NCBI GenBank assembly: GCA_003242735.2
Contig: QGVH02000005.1
Location: 17,055 to 81,054, forward strand
Reading direction: 5' to 3'
Length of the DNA stretch: 64,000 bases
DNA from: a bacterium
GTDB taxonomy: Bacteria; Gemmatimonadota; Gemmatimonadetes; Longimicrobiales; RSA9
Shown here: positions 47,548 through 56,297 of the stretch, piece after piece
How the letters are laid out: each line of letters begins with the position of its first letter
Position numbering within the stretch: the stretch's first letter is position 1
Notes under the pieces: model-generated
What the model was told of the DNA's origin: nothing
The model's input: only the letters and a program-made list of their open reading frames with translations
Database searches by the model: none
Program-made: the position numbers and the translations under genes

Positions 47548-47976
47548 ATGCAGGTCAAGCTCGCAGTCCTTGCCGACTACGCGAACGTCACCGCCGAGGG
47601 CAAGCTCAACATCCTCGGCATCTTCGACTGTATCAACGTGACCGACGTGCCGGCCGTCCACCCGCAGATGCAATTCATCATGCGCCTCGAAGCGCACCCG
47701 GCCGAGAAGGACCGGGTGCACACGATCGAGGTCCGCCTGCACGACCCGGACGGCCAGACGGTGTTCGAGTTGAAAGGGGAGATCGTCCCGCGCGGAGGCG
47801 CGCCCGGTCAGACCATCGCCAGCAACCAGATCATCACCATCAACAACCTGGAGCTGAGGCAGACGGGCGAGTACAGCTTCGTCGTCTTCATCGACAACGA
47901 CCTGAAGACGGAGGTGCCGCTCACCGTCACCCAGATTCCCAGGCCACCCGAGGTGACGCCTCCGATCGTCCACTGA
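47548..47976 (+). CDS. hypothetical protein (142 aa)
   Basis: MQVKLAVLADYANVTAEGKLNILGIFD... Ordinary composition, with a GAGG SD upstream. Confidence 0.65.
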   Translation: MQVKLAVLADYANVTAEGKLNILGIFDCINVTDVPAVHPQMQFIMRLEAHPAEKDRVHTIEVRLHDPDGQTVFELKGEIVPRGGAPGQTIASNQIITINNLELRQTGEYSFVVFIDNDLKTEVPLTVTQIPRPPEVTPPIVH

Positions 47977-48053
47977 CCCGATCCACCGAGCCGGACGCCG
48001 GCGCGCCGCCTCCCGAGGCCGTGCGCCGGCACCCGACCGGAGAGTGTTCACTC

Positions 48054-48887
48054 ATGCGACTGACGCCGTTCACACACCCCACACCCGCGCCCCGCCCGCA
48101 CCGCCGCGGCCGGCGCGCGCGGACGCCCCTCGCAGCCCTCGCCCTCGCCGCGGCGCTCGCCGCCGCCACCTGCAGCCGCGGCGAGCCCGCGACCGGCTAC
48201 GAGGTCATCGCCCGCTTCCCGCACGACACCAGCGCGTACACCCAGGGCTTGCTCTACCACGGCGGCGTGCTCTACGAGAGCACCGGCCGCTACGGCGCCT
48301 CCGAGCTGCGCCGGGTCGAGCTCGAGACCGGCCGCGTCCTCCAGCGCGTACGCCTGCCGGACGACCGCTTCGGCGAAGGGCTCGCGCTCCTGGACGGCAA
48401 GCTCTACCAGCTCACGTGGGAATCGGAGGTGGGCTACATCTACGACGTCGAGACCCTCGCCCTGCTCGACTCGTTCACCTACGCGGGCGAGGGCTGGGGG
48501 CTGACCACCGACGGGCGGTCGCTCATCATGAGCAACGGGTCGGACACGCTCCGCTACCTCGACCCGCAGACCTTCGAGATCACCCGCACCGTCGCCGTCC
48601 ACGACCGCGGCGCGCCCCTCAAGGAGATCAACGAGCTCGAGTACATCAACGGCGTGCTCTACGCCAACGTCTACCGCACCGACTGGATCGTCCGGATCGA
48701 TCCGGAGACGGGAGAGGTGCTGGGCTGGACGAACATGCGCGGCCTGCTCCCCGCCAACGAGCGGACGCCCTACACCGACGTCCTCAACGGCATCGCGTAC
48801 GATGCGGAGAACGACCGGCTGTTCGTGACCGGCAAGCTGTGGCCGGCGCTCTTCCACGTCCGGCTCACCACCGGGACCAGCCCGTAG
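48054..48887 (+). CDS. glutaminyl-peptide cyclotransferase (beta-propeller type)
   Basis: Lipobox AAATC. FPHDTSAYTQGL, FGEGL, LTWESEVGYIYD and VLNGIAYD are typical of plant/bacterial glutamine cyclotransferases. Confidence 0.85.
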   Translation: MRLTPFTHPTPAPRPHRRGRRARTPLAALALAAALAAATCSRGEPATGYEVIARFPHDTSAYTQGLLYHGGVLYESTGRYGASELRRVELETGRVLQRVRLPDDRFGEGLALLDGKLYQLTWESEVGYIYDVETLALLDSFTYAGEGWGLTTDGRSLIMSNGSDTLRYLDPQTFEITRTVAVHDRGAPLKEINELEYINGVLYANVYRTDWIVRIDPETGEVLGWTNMRGLLPANERTPYTDVLNGIAYDAENDRLFVTGKLWPALFHVRLTTGTSP

Positions 48888-48946
48888 GCTCCGCGTGGGC
48901 TCCGGCCGCGCTGGGCCCCGCTCCGCCGGGCGCCGGCCCTCCGGGG

Positions 48947-48983
48947 CCGGGCCCTGCGGTGGCGAAGCCGCCGCAGGGCCCGG
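48947..48983. terminator. 13-bp perfect hairpin between convergent genes
   Basis: CCGGGCCCTGCGG-(11 nt)-CCGCAGGGCCCGG. Confidence 0.45.
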
Positions 48984-49014
48984 CGGGCCCGCCCCCCGAG
49001 CGGAGCCGCGGCTC

Positions 49015-50250
49015 CTAACGCCGCGGCTCGCCGGCCTTCCTGCCGTCCAGCTCCTCGATCGTCTTCACCGACGGCGGCCGCTCCCGCTGCAGCCGCGCCG
49101 CCACCCGCTCCACCTCCCGCCAAACCCGCATCACGTTGCCACCCGCCAGCTTCGCCAGCTCCTCCTCGGTCCACCCCCGCCGCGCCAGCTCCGCGAACAG
49201 CGCCGGGTACGTCGAGACGTCCTCCAGCCCCTGGACCACCGCCGAGATCCCGTCGAAGTCGCCGCCGATCCCCACGTGGTCCACACCCGCGACCCGCCGG
49301 ATGTGCTCGATGTGCCGGATCACGTCCTCCATCGTCGCCCGCGGCTCCGACCCCTTCCGCTGCTCCGGCGGCAGGCTCGACCACCGCATCACCTCCGCGT
49401 TCACGAACGACGGCACGAACGTCACCATCACCACCCCGCCGTTCTCCGGCAACCGCCTGAGCACATCGTCCGGCACGTTGCGCGGATGGTCCGTCACCGC
49501 ACGCGCCCCCGAGTGCGAGAAGATCACCGGCGCCTCGGACACGTCCAGCGCATCGTGCATCGTCCCGGGCGACGTGTGCGAGAGGTCCACCAGCATGCCC
49601 AGCCGGTTCATCTCCCGCACCACCTCCTTCCCGAACTCGCTCAGACCGCCCAGCCGCGGCGGCTCGCAGCACGAGTCCGCCCAGTCAATGTTCGCCGAGT
49701 GCGTCAGCGTCAGATACCGCACGCCCAGGTCGTAGAACGCCCGCAGCGCACCGAGCGAGTTCTCGATGGCGTGCCCGCCTTCCATCCCCAGCACCGACGC
49801 GATCCGCCCGCTCCCGAAGATCCGCTCCACGTCGGACACGCTGTACGCCTGCTCGAACACGTCGGGGTACCGCGCGATCACCCGCCGCGCGATGTCGATC
49901 TGCTCGAGCTGCACCCGCGCCGCGCCTTCCTCCGTCGCCTCGAACGGGATGTACACGGACCAGAACTGCGCCCCCACCATCCCCTTTCGCAGCCGCGGGA
50001 TGTCCGTGTGCCCGGGCGCCCTGCCGCGCAGGTCGTACGCCTCCACGTTCCCCGGCGCGCCGGTGTGCTCCCGGATCGCCCACGGCAGGTCGTTGTGCCC
50101 ATCGAACAGCGGCGTCTGGGTCAGCACCCGCCGAACCAGCTCATCCGCCGCATCGCCGCCCTGGCCCAGCGCCGGGGCCGGGGCGAGGGCGAGGGCGAGG
50201 GTGAGGGTGAAACGGGCGAGGGCGGTCCTCCTCATCGGCGTGTTCCGCAT
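49015..50250 (-). CDS. membrane dipeptidase (M19 family)
   Basis: Signal peptide, then DGHNDLPW, LTLTHS, DLSH and the GGDFDG motif. Start is ATG 50250 (after AGGAG) or 50235. Confidence 0.9.
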   Translation of the reverse strand: MRNTPMRRTALARFTLTLALALAPAPALGQGGDAADELVRRVLTQTPLFDGHNDLPWAIREHTGAPGNVEAYDLRGRAPGHTDIPRLRKGMVGAQFWSVYIPFEATEEGAARVQLEQIDIARRVIARYPDVFEQAYSVSDVERIFGSGRIASVLGMEGGHAIENSLGALRAFYDLGVRYLTLTHSANIDWADSCCEPPRLGGLSEFGKEVVREMNRLGMLVDLSHTSPGTMHDALDVSEAPVIFSHSGARAVTDHPRNVPDDVLRRLPENGGVVMVTFVPSFVNAEVMRWSSLPPEQRKGSEPRATMEDVIRHIEHIRRVAGVDHVGIGGDFDGISAVVQGLEDVSTYPALFAELARRGWTEEELAKLAGGNVMRVWREVERVAARLQRERPPSVKTIEELDGRKAGEPRR

Positions 50251-50440
50251 GGCTCCTACGGGTTTGGGCCCGCACGTGCGGGCGGTTGAGACAGTGCCCT
50301 GCAATGTGGCGCCGCCGGCCCCGCCTCGCAAATCGCCCGCCCTCCGCGCAGCCCTCCCTTGACTTTTCGCCACCCCATATCATTATTTTCGGCAACCCTA
50401 AAACCTGGAACGACAGCCCAGCCTCACGAGGACGACGGTC

Positions 50441-52696
50441 ATGCTGCCCAACGACTCCGACCCTCGCACCCGGCGACGACCCCGCCCCGCCCTCCTCCCG
50501 GCCGCGGCGCTCGCCCTCATGGCCGCCACCCCCGGCCTCGCCCGCCAGCAGGGCACCGGCGCTCTCCACGGCATCGTCGTCGCCGACGGCGCACCCGTGC
50601 CCTACGCGGCCATCGAGGTCCGCGGCGCCAGCCTGCGCGCGCTGGCGGACGCCCATGGCCGCTTCCGCATCGCCGGCGTGCCGGCCGGCCAGCGGACCCT
50701 CCTGGTCACGGCGCCGGGCTACGCCACGGCCGAGCGGACGGTCCGGCTCGAGCCGGGGGAGACGGAGTTCCTTCGCGTGGAGCTGATGCGCGCGCCGTTG
50801 GAACTGAACCCCGTGGTCGTGACGGGCACGATGAAGGAGACGTTCGTCTCGGAGTCGCCGGTGAAGGTGGAGGTGGTGACGGCCCGGCACCTCCAGCGCA
50901 ACGCGTCGTCGAGTCTGATGGAGTCGGTCCAGTACCTGAACGGCCTGGCACAGCAGGTGGATTGCGGCGTCTGCTACACGAACAGCATCCGGATCAACGG
51001 AATGGAGGGCCCGTACACGGCGGTGTTGATCGACGGCATGCCCATCATGAGTGCGCTCGCGTCCGTGTACGGCTTGAACGGGATCAGCCCCGCGTTCATC
51101 GAGCAGCTCGAGATCATCAAGGGCCCGTCCTCCACCCTCTACGGGACGGAAGCGCTGGCGGGTGTGGTGAACGTGATCACGAAGGATCCGCGTTTTGCGC
51201 CGCGGCTGGCGTTGGAGGCGTATCACACCTCGACGGGCGAGTCGAACGTCAACGTTGCGGGCGCGCGTGCAGGCGAGCGCGCGCGTGGCCTGGTGGGTGT
51301 GAGTCTCGTGCATCGCGACCGCTTCATCGACGGCAACGGCGATGGCTTCACCGATCTCCCGCTGGTGACCCGCGGCTCCCTGTTCGGCCGCCTGGACGTG
51401 GGCACCGCGGAGCGGAGCCGCTGGCGGCGGGGCGTGCTGAGTCTCTCGGCCCGGGGATACTACGAGGACCGCTTCGGCGGGGTGCGGGGGTGGACCCGCG
51501 CCGACCGCGGCGGCAGCCGCGTCTACGGCGAGCACATCGAAACGCGGCGGTTCGAGCTGATCGGCTCGCTCGCGCCGTGGCCGGAGCGCGGGGTGCGCGC
51601 GGACTTCTCCTACACGTGGCACGCGCAGGACGCCGCCTACGGCACGACGCCGTTCGTGGCAACGCAGCACGTCGCGTTCGCGAACCTGCTCTGGCAGGCG
51701 CCCGCCCCGCAGGGCCACGACCTCCTGGCCGGCCTCACGGTCCGTTATCAGGTGTACGACGACGGCACACCGGCCACCCCCACGCCGGAACGGAGGTTCA
51801 TCCCCGGGATCTTCATCCAGGATGAACTCGATGTCGCCGCCGATCTCCGCGTGCTCGCCGGGCTGCGGCTGGATCATCACGACGCCCACGGGGTGATCCC
51901 CGCGCCGCGGCTGAGCGTGAAGTGGCAGCCGCTCCTGGACACCGCGCTGCGTCTGAACCTGGGCAGCGGCTTCCGCGTGGTGAGTCTGTTCACGGAGGAC
52001 CACGCCGCGCTGACGGGCGCGCGTCGAGTCGTGATCGAGGAGACGCTCGAGCCGGAGCGGTCGTGGAGCGGCGCGCTCAACGTGAACCACGTCTTCCCGT
52101 TCGGCGGGAACAACATGGTCGTGGACGTGGACGCGTTCTACACGCGTTTCGGCAATCGGATCGTGCCGGACTACGACACGGACCCCGACCTGATCATCTA
52201 CCGCAACCTCCACGGCCGCTCGGTCAGCCGCGGCGTTGCGCTCTCGCTCAACCAGAACTTCCGGGAGTTCCCGCTGCTCTACTCGCTGGGCATCACGGTG
52301 CAGGACGTCGACACGGAGCGCGATGGGGAGCGGCGGGAAGAGCTGTTCGCGCCGGACTACAAGGCCACGCTCGGGCTGTCCTACACGTTCGGCGCCCTGA
52401 CGCTGGACTACACGGGGACGTTCGTCGGGCCGATGCGGCTGCCCGAGTACCCTCCGCCGTACACCCGGCCCACGCGCTCGCCTGCGTACTCGACGCACAA
52501 CCTCCAGGGCACCTGGCGCCCGCGGACCGGGATCGAGCTGCTGGCCGCGGTGCGCAACCTGTTCGACTTCCGCCAGGGCAGCCCGCTCGTCGCGCCGCAC
52601 GACCCGTTCGGCCCGGACTTCGACACCGCGTACGTCTGGGGCCCGATCCACGGCCGCGAGCTGCTGTTCGGCGCGAGGGTGGGGCTCGGCCGATGA
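50441..52696 (+). CDS. TonB-dependent receptor with N-terminal carboxypeptidase-regulatory-like domain
   Basis: Signal peptide. A CarboxypepD_reg-like segment (GIVVADGAPVPYAAIEV...GRFRIAGVPAG). Plug motifs (IEIIKGPSSTLYGTEALAGVVNVITK). A long beta-barrel. Confidence 0.9.
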   Translation: MLPNDSDPRTRRRPRPALLPAAALALMAATPGLARQQGTGALHGIVVADGAPVPYAAIEVRGASLRALADAHGRFRIAGVPAGQRTLLVTAPGYATAERTVRLEPGETEFLRVELMRAPLELNPVVVTGTMKETFVSESPVKVEVVTARHLQRNASSSLMESVQYLNGLAQQVDCGVCYTNSIRINGMEGPYTAVLIDGMPIMSALASVYGLNGISPAFIEQLEIIKGPSSTLYGTEALAGVVNVITKDPRFAPRLALEAYHTSTGESNVNVAGARAGERARGLVGVSLVHRDRFIDGNGDGFTDLPLVTRGSLFGRLDVGTAERSRWRRGVLSLSARGYYEDRFGGVRGWTRADRGGSRVYGEHIETRRFELIGSLAPWPERGVRADFSYTWHAQDAAYGTTPFVATQHVAFANLLWQAPAPQGHDLLAGLTVRYQVYDDGTPATPTPERRFIPGIFIQDELDVAADLRVLAGLRLDHHDAHGVIPAPRLSVKWQPLLDTALRLNLGSGFRVVSLFTEDHAALTGARRVVIEETLEPERSWSGALNVNHVFPFGGNNMVVDVDAFYTRFGNRIVPDYDTDPDLIIYRNLHGRSVSRGVALSLNQNFREFPLLYSLGITVQDVDTERDGERREELFAPDYKATLGLSYTFGALTLDYTGTFVGPMRLPEYPPPYTRPTRSPAYSTHNLQGTWRPRTGIELLAAVRNLFDFRQGSPLVAPHDPFGPDFDTAYVWGPIHGRELLFGARVGLGR

Positions 52697-54183
52697 GGGT
52701 GCGCCGAACCGTCATCGTGTTGTTCACCGCGACGACCGTGCTCCCGGCGCTCGGATCCTGCGCCGCAATGCCGGACGTGCCCCGGGGTTCTCCGGCACCT
52801 GCCGTCGCCCGGACCAGCATGCCCGGCGGCCTCCAGGTCCTCGGCCAGGCCGACTATGCGTGGCGCATCCGCCCGCTGGATGCGGACGGCGAGCCGCTCC
52901 CGCTCGAGCGCCTGCGCGGCCGCGTGCTGTTCATCCATCTGTGGGCGACGTGGTGCGCGCCGTGCGTCGCGGAGCTCGCCTCCATCGCGGCGCTGCACGA
53001 TTCGCTGCGATCGGACGATGTCGCGTTCCTGGTCGTTTCGCCGGAGGAACCGGCGCGTGTCGAGGCGTTCCTCCGGCGTCACCGGTATGACCTGCCCGCA
53101 TACGTCGAGGCGGAGCCGATCCCGGCCGCATACGGCCTCGAGGCGCTCCCCACCACCTTCATCGTGGACCGGCTGGGCCGCATCGTGCTGCGTCGCCGCG
53201 GCGCAGCGAACTGGGACACGACGCCCGTGCGCGACTTCCTGCGGTGGCTCGCGGCCCGGCCGGCGCCCCAGGCTTCCGCAGGGCCTGTCCAGGCCGCCGT
53301 CCATCTCGTCCCGCGACGCCTCCGCATTGCTCCCGGCGGCGCGGCGCGCTTCGCACTGAGGATCGAGCCCGCGCCCGGTTGGCACGTCTATGCGCCCGAC
53401 CCGGGCGACGTCGGTCTGCCGCTGCGCGTGGAGTGGGAGGCACCGGAAGGCGTGCAGATCAGCCCACTGGCGTGGCCGCCGGCCACGCCGCTCGTCGTGA
53501 ATGGCGAACGGGCGTCGCTGGTCTACACGGAAGCGGTGGAGGCGGAGGGCGAGATCCGCGTCGCGGCGGATGCGGAGCCAGGCACCAGCCTCCGCGTCGC
53601 GGCCACGGTCTCGTGGGGCGCGTGCCGCGAGGTGTGCGTGCCGCAGAGCGCCCGCGTCGTGCTCGAGGTCGACGTCGTCCCCCTAGCCACACGGCGACGG
53701 TCCGACCCCGCCGAGGCAACGCCCGAGGCCGGACGCTCAGGAGAGGGAGCATCCCCCGGGCCGCACGGGGCTCACGCTCCCTCCGCAGCCTCCTCGCCCA
53801 GCGGCTCGATGTGGAGCCGTTTGGCCAGCTCGACCCCCAGCATCTCGACGGCCTCGCCGATGCGCACGCGCAGCGGCCCGCCGAACGGCGCGCGGTCGAG
53901 CAGCTCGATCGTCACACCCGGGCGCAGGTTCAGCTCGGCGAGGTATCGCAGGAGGGCGGGGTCCTCATCGCTCACGCGCCGCAGCACCGCACGGCGACCC
54001 ACTTCCAGATCGGCGAGCGTGGGCAGCGGCTCCTCGAGGAACACGCGGCCACGCTCCGGGATCGGATGCCCGTGCGGGTCTTCCCGCGGCTCGCCGAGGA
54101 GCCGGGCCATCCGGTCGATCAGCTCGTCCGACGCCGCGTGCTCCAGCCGCTCCGCTTCGTCGTGCACCTGGTCCCAGGTGTAG
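52693..54183 (+). CDS. TlpA-like thioredoxin fused to a DsbD N-terminal-like domain. As sequenced the frame has no stop until 54183, and the recognisable protein ends near 53685
   Basis: The ATG overlaps the receptor stop (ATGA). Lipobox-like LPALGSC. WATWCAPC active site. Second domain WHVYAP...WGACREVCVPQ. From about 53700 on the translation is Ser/Arg-rich and antisense to mntR. Confidence 0.7.
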   Translation: MRVRRTVIVLFTATTVLPALGSCAAMPDVPRGSPAPAVARTSMPGGLQVLGQADYAWRIRPLDADGEPLPLERLRGRVLFIHLWATWCAPCVAELASIAALHDSLRSDDVAFLVVSPEEPARVEAFLRRHRYDLPAYVEAEPIPAAYGLEALPTTFIVDRLGRIVLRRRGAANWDTTPVRDFLRWLAARPAPQASAGPVQAAVHLVPRRLRIAPGGAARFALRIEPAPGWHVYAPDPGDVGLPLRVEWEAPEGVQISPLAWPPATPLVVNGERASLVYTEAVEAEGEIRVAADAEPGTSLRVAATVSWGACREVCVPQSARVVLEVDVVPLATRRRSDPAEATPEAGRSGEGASPGPHGAHAPSAASSPSGSMWSRLASSTPSISTASPMRTRSGPPNGARSSSSIVTPGRRFSSARYRRRAGSSSLTRRSTARRPTSRSASVGSGSSRNTRPRSGIGCPCGSSRGSPRSRAIRSISSSDAACSSRSASSCTWSQV

Positions 54184-54449
54184 CCGAGCTGCTCCACCAG
54201 GAACGACTCGAGCACCCGATGCCGCCGGATCAGCCGAACCGCCATCTCCACCCCCGCCGGCGTCAGCGTCACGCCGCGGTACGGCACGTGCTCCACCAAC
54301 CCCGCCTCGCCCAGCCGCTTCAGCATCTCGGTGACCGATGCCGCTGCGATCCCCAACCGCTCGGCGATGGCGGAGTTGCTCACCCGCCGCCCCTCCACGG
54401 AGAGCAGGTAGATCGCCTTCAGATAGTCTTCCGCCGCGGGCGTGGGCAT
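53772..54449 (-). CDS. mntR: DtxR/MntR-family metal-dependent transcriptional repressor
   Basis: EDYLKAIYLL, an HTH (NSAIAERLGIAAASVTEMLKRL), the dimerisation/metal region HRVLESFL...DEAERLEH, and a C-terminal SH3-like FeoA domain. Confidence 0.92.
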   Translation of the reverse strand: MPTPAAEDYLKAIYLLSVEGRRVSNSAIAERLGIAAASVTEMLKRLGEAGLVEHVPYRGVTLTPAGVEMAVRLIRRHRVLESFLVEQLGYTWDQVHDEAERLEHAASDELIDRMARLLGEPREDPHGHPIPERGRVFLEEPLPTLADLEVGRRAVLRRVSDEDPALLRYLAELNLRPGVTIELLDRAPFGGPLRVRIGEAVEMLGVELAKRLHIEPLGEEAAEGA

Positions 54450-54528
54450 GGACCTCCCGGTGGCCAGACAGCCGCATCGCTCGGAGAAGACCGGGCCGCC
54501 GGACGGGTCGTCCCCGCCCGGCAGACGC

Positions 54529-54756
54529 TCAATTCAGGCCAGCGTGCCCGCACCCGCACGCGCCGCCGCAACAGCCGCCACCCCACGCGGCGCCCTCCCG
54601 CGCTCCGCCCCCCACCACCGCCGCGGCCGAGATCCGCAACAGCGTGCGCCGTGAACCGCACTCCGGGCAAGGATGCACCGCGAGCCGCTCCTCGTACCCG
54701 AGCCTCAGCTCGAAGCTCGCCGCACAGTCGCGACACACGTACTCATACAGGGGCAT
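54529..54756 (-). CDS. FmdB-family zinc-ribbon protein
   Basis: MPLYEYVCRDCAASFE...CPECGS and a Gly/Cys-rich tail. Start after GGAGGA. Confidence 0.85.
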   Translation of the reverse strand: MPLYEYVCRDCAASFELRLGYEERLAVHPCPECGSRRTLLRISAAAVVGGGAREGAAWGGGCCGGACGCGHAGLN

Positions 54757-55069
54757 GGCCGAACGTCCTCCGATTCCTCCGTGGACCCGCGCCCCCCATC
54801 CCCCAGCACACCGCGCGCCAGGTCCACCCAGGAACATAGCCGCACGCCCCTCCCCCGGCCAAGCCCCACCGAGGCCCCCACCCGACCCAGTGCCAGTTCG
54901 ACCGAAATCGGCCAGTCTGGTCCGAAAAACCTGATTGACGGTCCGACCCTACGGTTTACTTTGCGAGGTTGGCGGCGCGAAGACGGGCAGCCCCCGCTCC
55001 GCCGCACCTTCCACCCCCCGCATCCGTGGTCCAGACGGCCACTGCCGGGCCGTGCCGACGAGGGCCGCC

Positions 55070-55444
55070 GTGCCAGCCAAGACCGTGCTCGTCATTTCGG
55101 GCAACGAGGACGACCGTTTCATCTGGAACGCGGTCCTCCAGCACTACGGGTACACGGCCGTGCTGGCGGATTCGCTGGCGGCGGTGCCTGCGCGGATCGA
55201 TGCGGACCTCGTCCTGCTCGCGCTGGACCGCTTCGACCCTCCCCGCGCCCGGCTGCTTCGGGAAGTGATCAAGGATCGCCGGGTCCGCGGCGTACCCGTC
55301 GTCGGCGTCGTCGACCCGGATGTCCACCCCTCCGAGCTGCTACACGCCGGCTGCGCCGCCGTCCTCTCCCGGCCACTCCGCCCCGCCGCGCTGGAGGCCG
55401 AGGTCCGGCGCCTGATCGGCCCGGCGGCGCCGCCGGCGAACTGA
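55070..55444 (+). CDS. stand-alone receiver-domain protein (atypical response regulator)
   Basis: GTG start in ORF 54935..55444. KTVLVISGNEDD (acidic pocket) and DLVLLALD (phospho-acceptor Asp position). The conserved Thr/Ser and Lys positions look substituted (VVGVVD, SRPLRP). Confidence 0.65.
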   Translation: MPAKTVLVISGNEDDRFIWNAVLQHYGYTAVLADSLAAVPARIDADLVLLALDRFDPPRARLLREVIKDRRVRGVPVVGVVDPDVHPSELLHAGCAAVLSRPLRPAALEAEVRRLIGPAAPPAN

Positions 55445-55860
55445 TCCCGCGAAAGCCCTGGAAGCCGGCGGTTCCATCGAGATCGGAGCGCCGCCGTTCA
55501 ACGGGCCGGGACCGGCACCGTTCGAGGGTCGCGAAAGCCAGCCCTTCAACGACGCGCGACTCCACACGCGCTCGAGCAGATCGCCGATGGATCCGGCGGA
55601 CCGGCGGGGCGACGCCCGCCCGCCGCTGGCGAACGGCCGGTCGAGGACGCGCGTTCCGCGGTGGTGTCCGGTCCCGTGCGCGCCGCGACCGTTCCGGGGG
55701 CGGGTCCCTCCCCGGGCGCGTCTCGCACCGCCTGTCGGATGCTCATGCCCGCTGCGTTGCAGACACACAACAAACCGCTGCCCGCGACGCCTCGCCAACA
55801 CCGACGGCCAATCCAGCCTATGCCCTGAGGAGACAAGGCGCTCCCGACGGAAGGACCGGC

Positions 55861-55876
55861 TGGCACGCCGCCTGCC
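55861..55876 (+). promoter_or_regulatory. near-consensus sigma-54 promoter TGGCACG-CCGC-CTGC
   Basis: Matches TGGCACG-N4-TTGC in both the -24 GG and the -12 GC, with correct spacing. Located in a gene-free gap. About one chance match is expected per window from base composition. Confidence 0.35.
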
Positions 55877-56035
55877 GATCCACCCGGGCGTCGCAGCGTT
55901 CGGCGACTGCCGTGCGCTGTCTGCCCGAGCCGCAGGGCAGCACTGACGTCTGACCGTCCGCCCTGGGCGCTCTCCCCCGGCGCCCCGCATCACGCGCGGC
56001 GCCGAACCGGGCCCGCCACCCCGTATCTCCCCCGG

Positions 56036-56058
56036 GGTCGGCGGGCCCGACCGTTTTT
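56036..56058 (+). terminator. candidate intrinsic terminator GGTCGG-CGGGC-CCGACC-G-TTTTT
   Basis: A short GC stem followed by T5, which is rare in this DNA. Lies about 170 nt downstream of the sigma-54-like promoter. Confidence 0.35.
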
Positions 56059-56297
56059 CGGCTGCCCCTCGGGCGAAGACGGCCCCCTTCCTCAGACCAC
56101 CGCCTATCCCTATTCTCTCCTTGCCGCGACCACACCCAGCGAGGAGAACGACACCCCATGACCCGCGCTGTTGCCTCTGCCAGCGTCCGGGCCTTCGTGA
56201 GCGGGGAGCCGCATGCGTGGCGCACACCCGCCGCCTTCGCACCGGCGGCCGCCAGCCGTCGGAAGGAACCGACAGCACCGCACACGGCCCGCGAGCG

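Noticed and set aside
50181-50210. A tandem hexamer repeat (GGGCGA)x3 (GGGTGA)x2.
   Set aside because: It lies inside the dipeptidase gene and encodes the Leu/Ala/Thr-rich (TLTLALALA) hydrophobic core of the signal peptide on the minus strand. It is coding low complexity, not a CRISPR or regulatory repeat. Slippage potential is noted, with no evidence of it.
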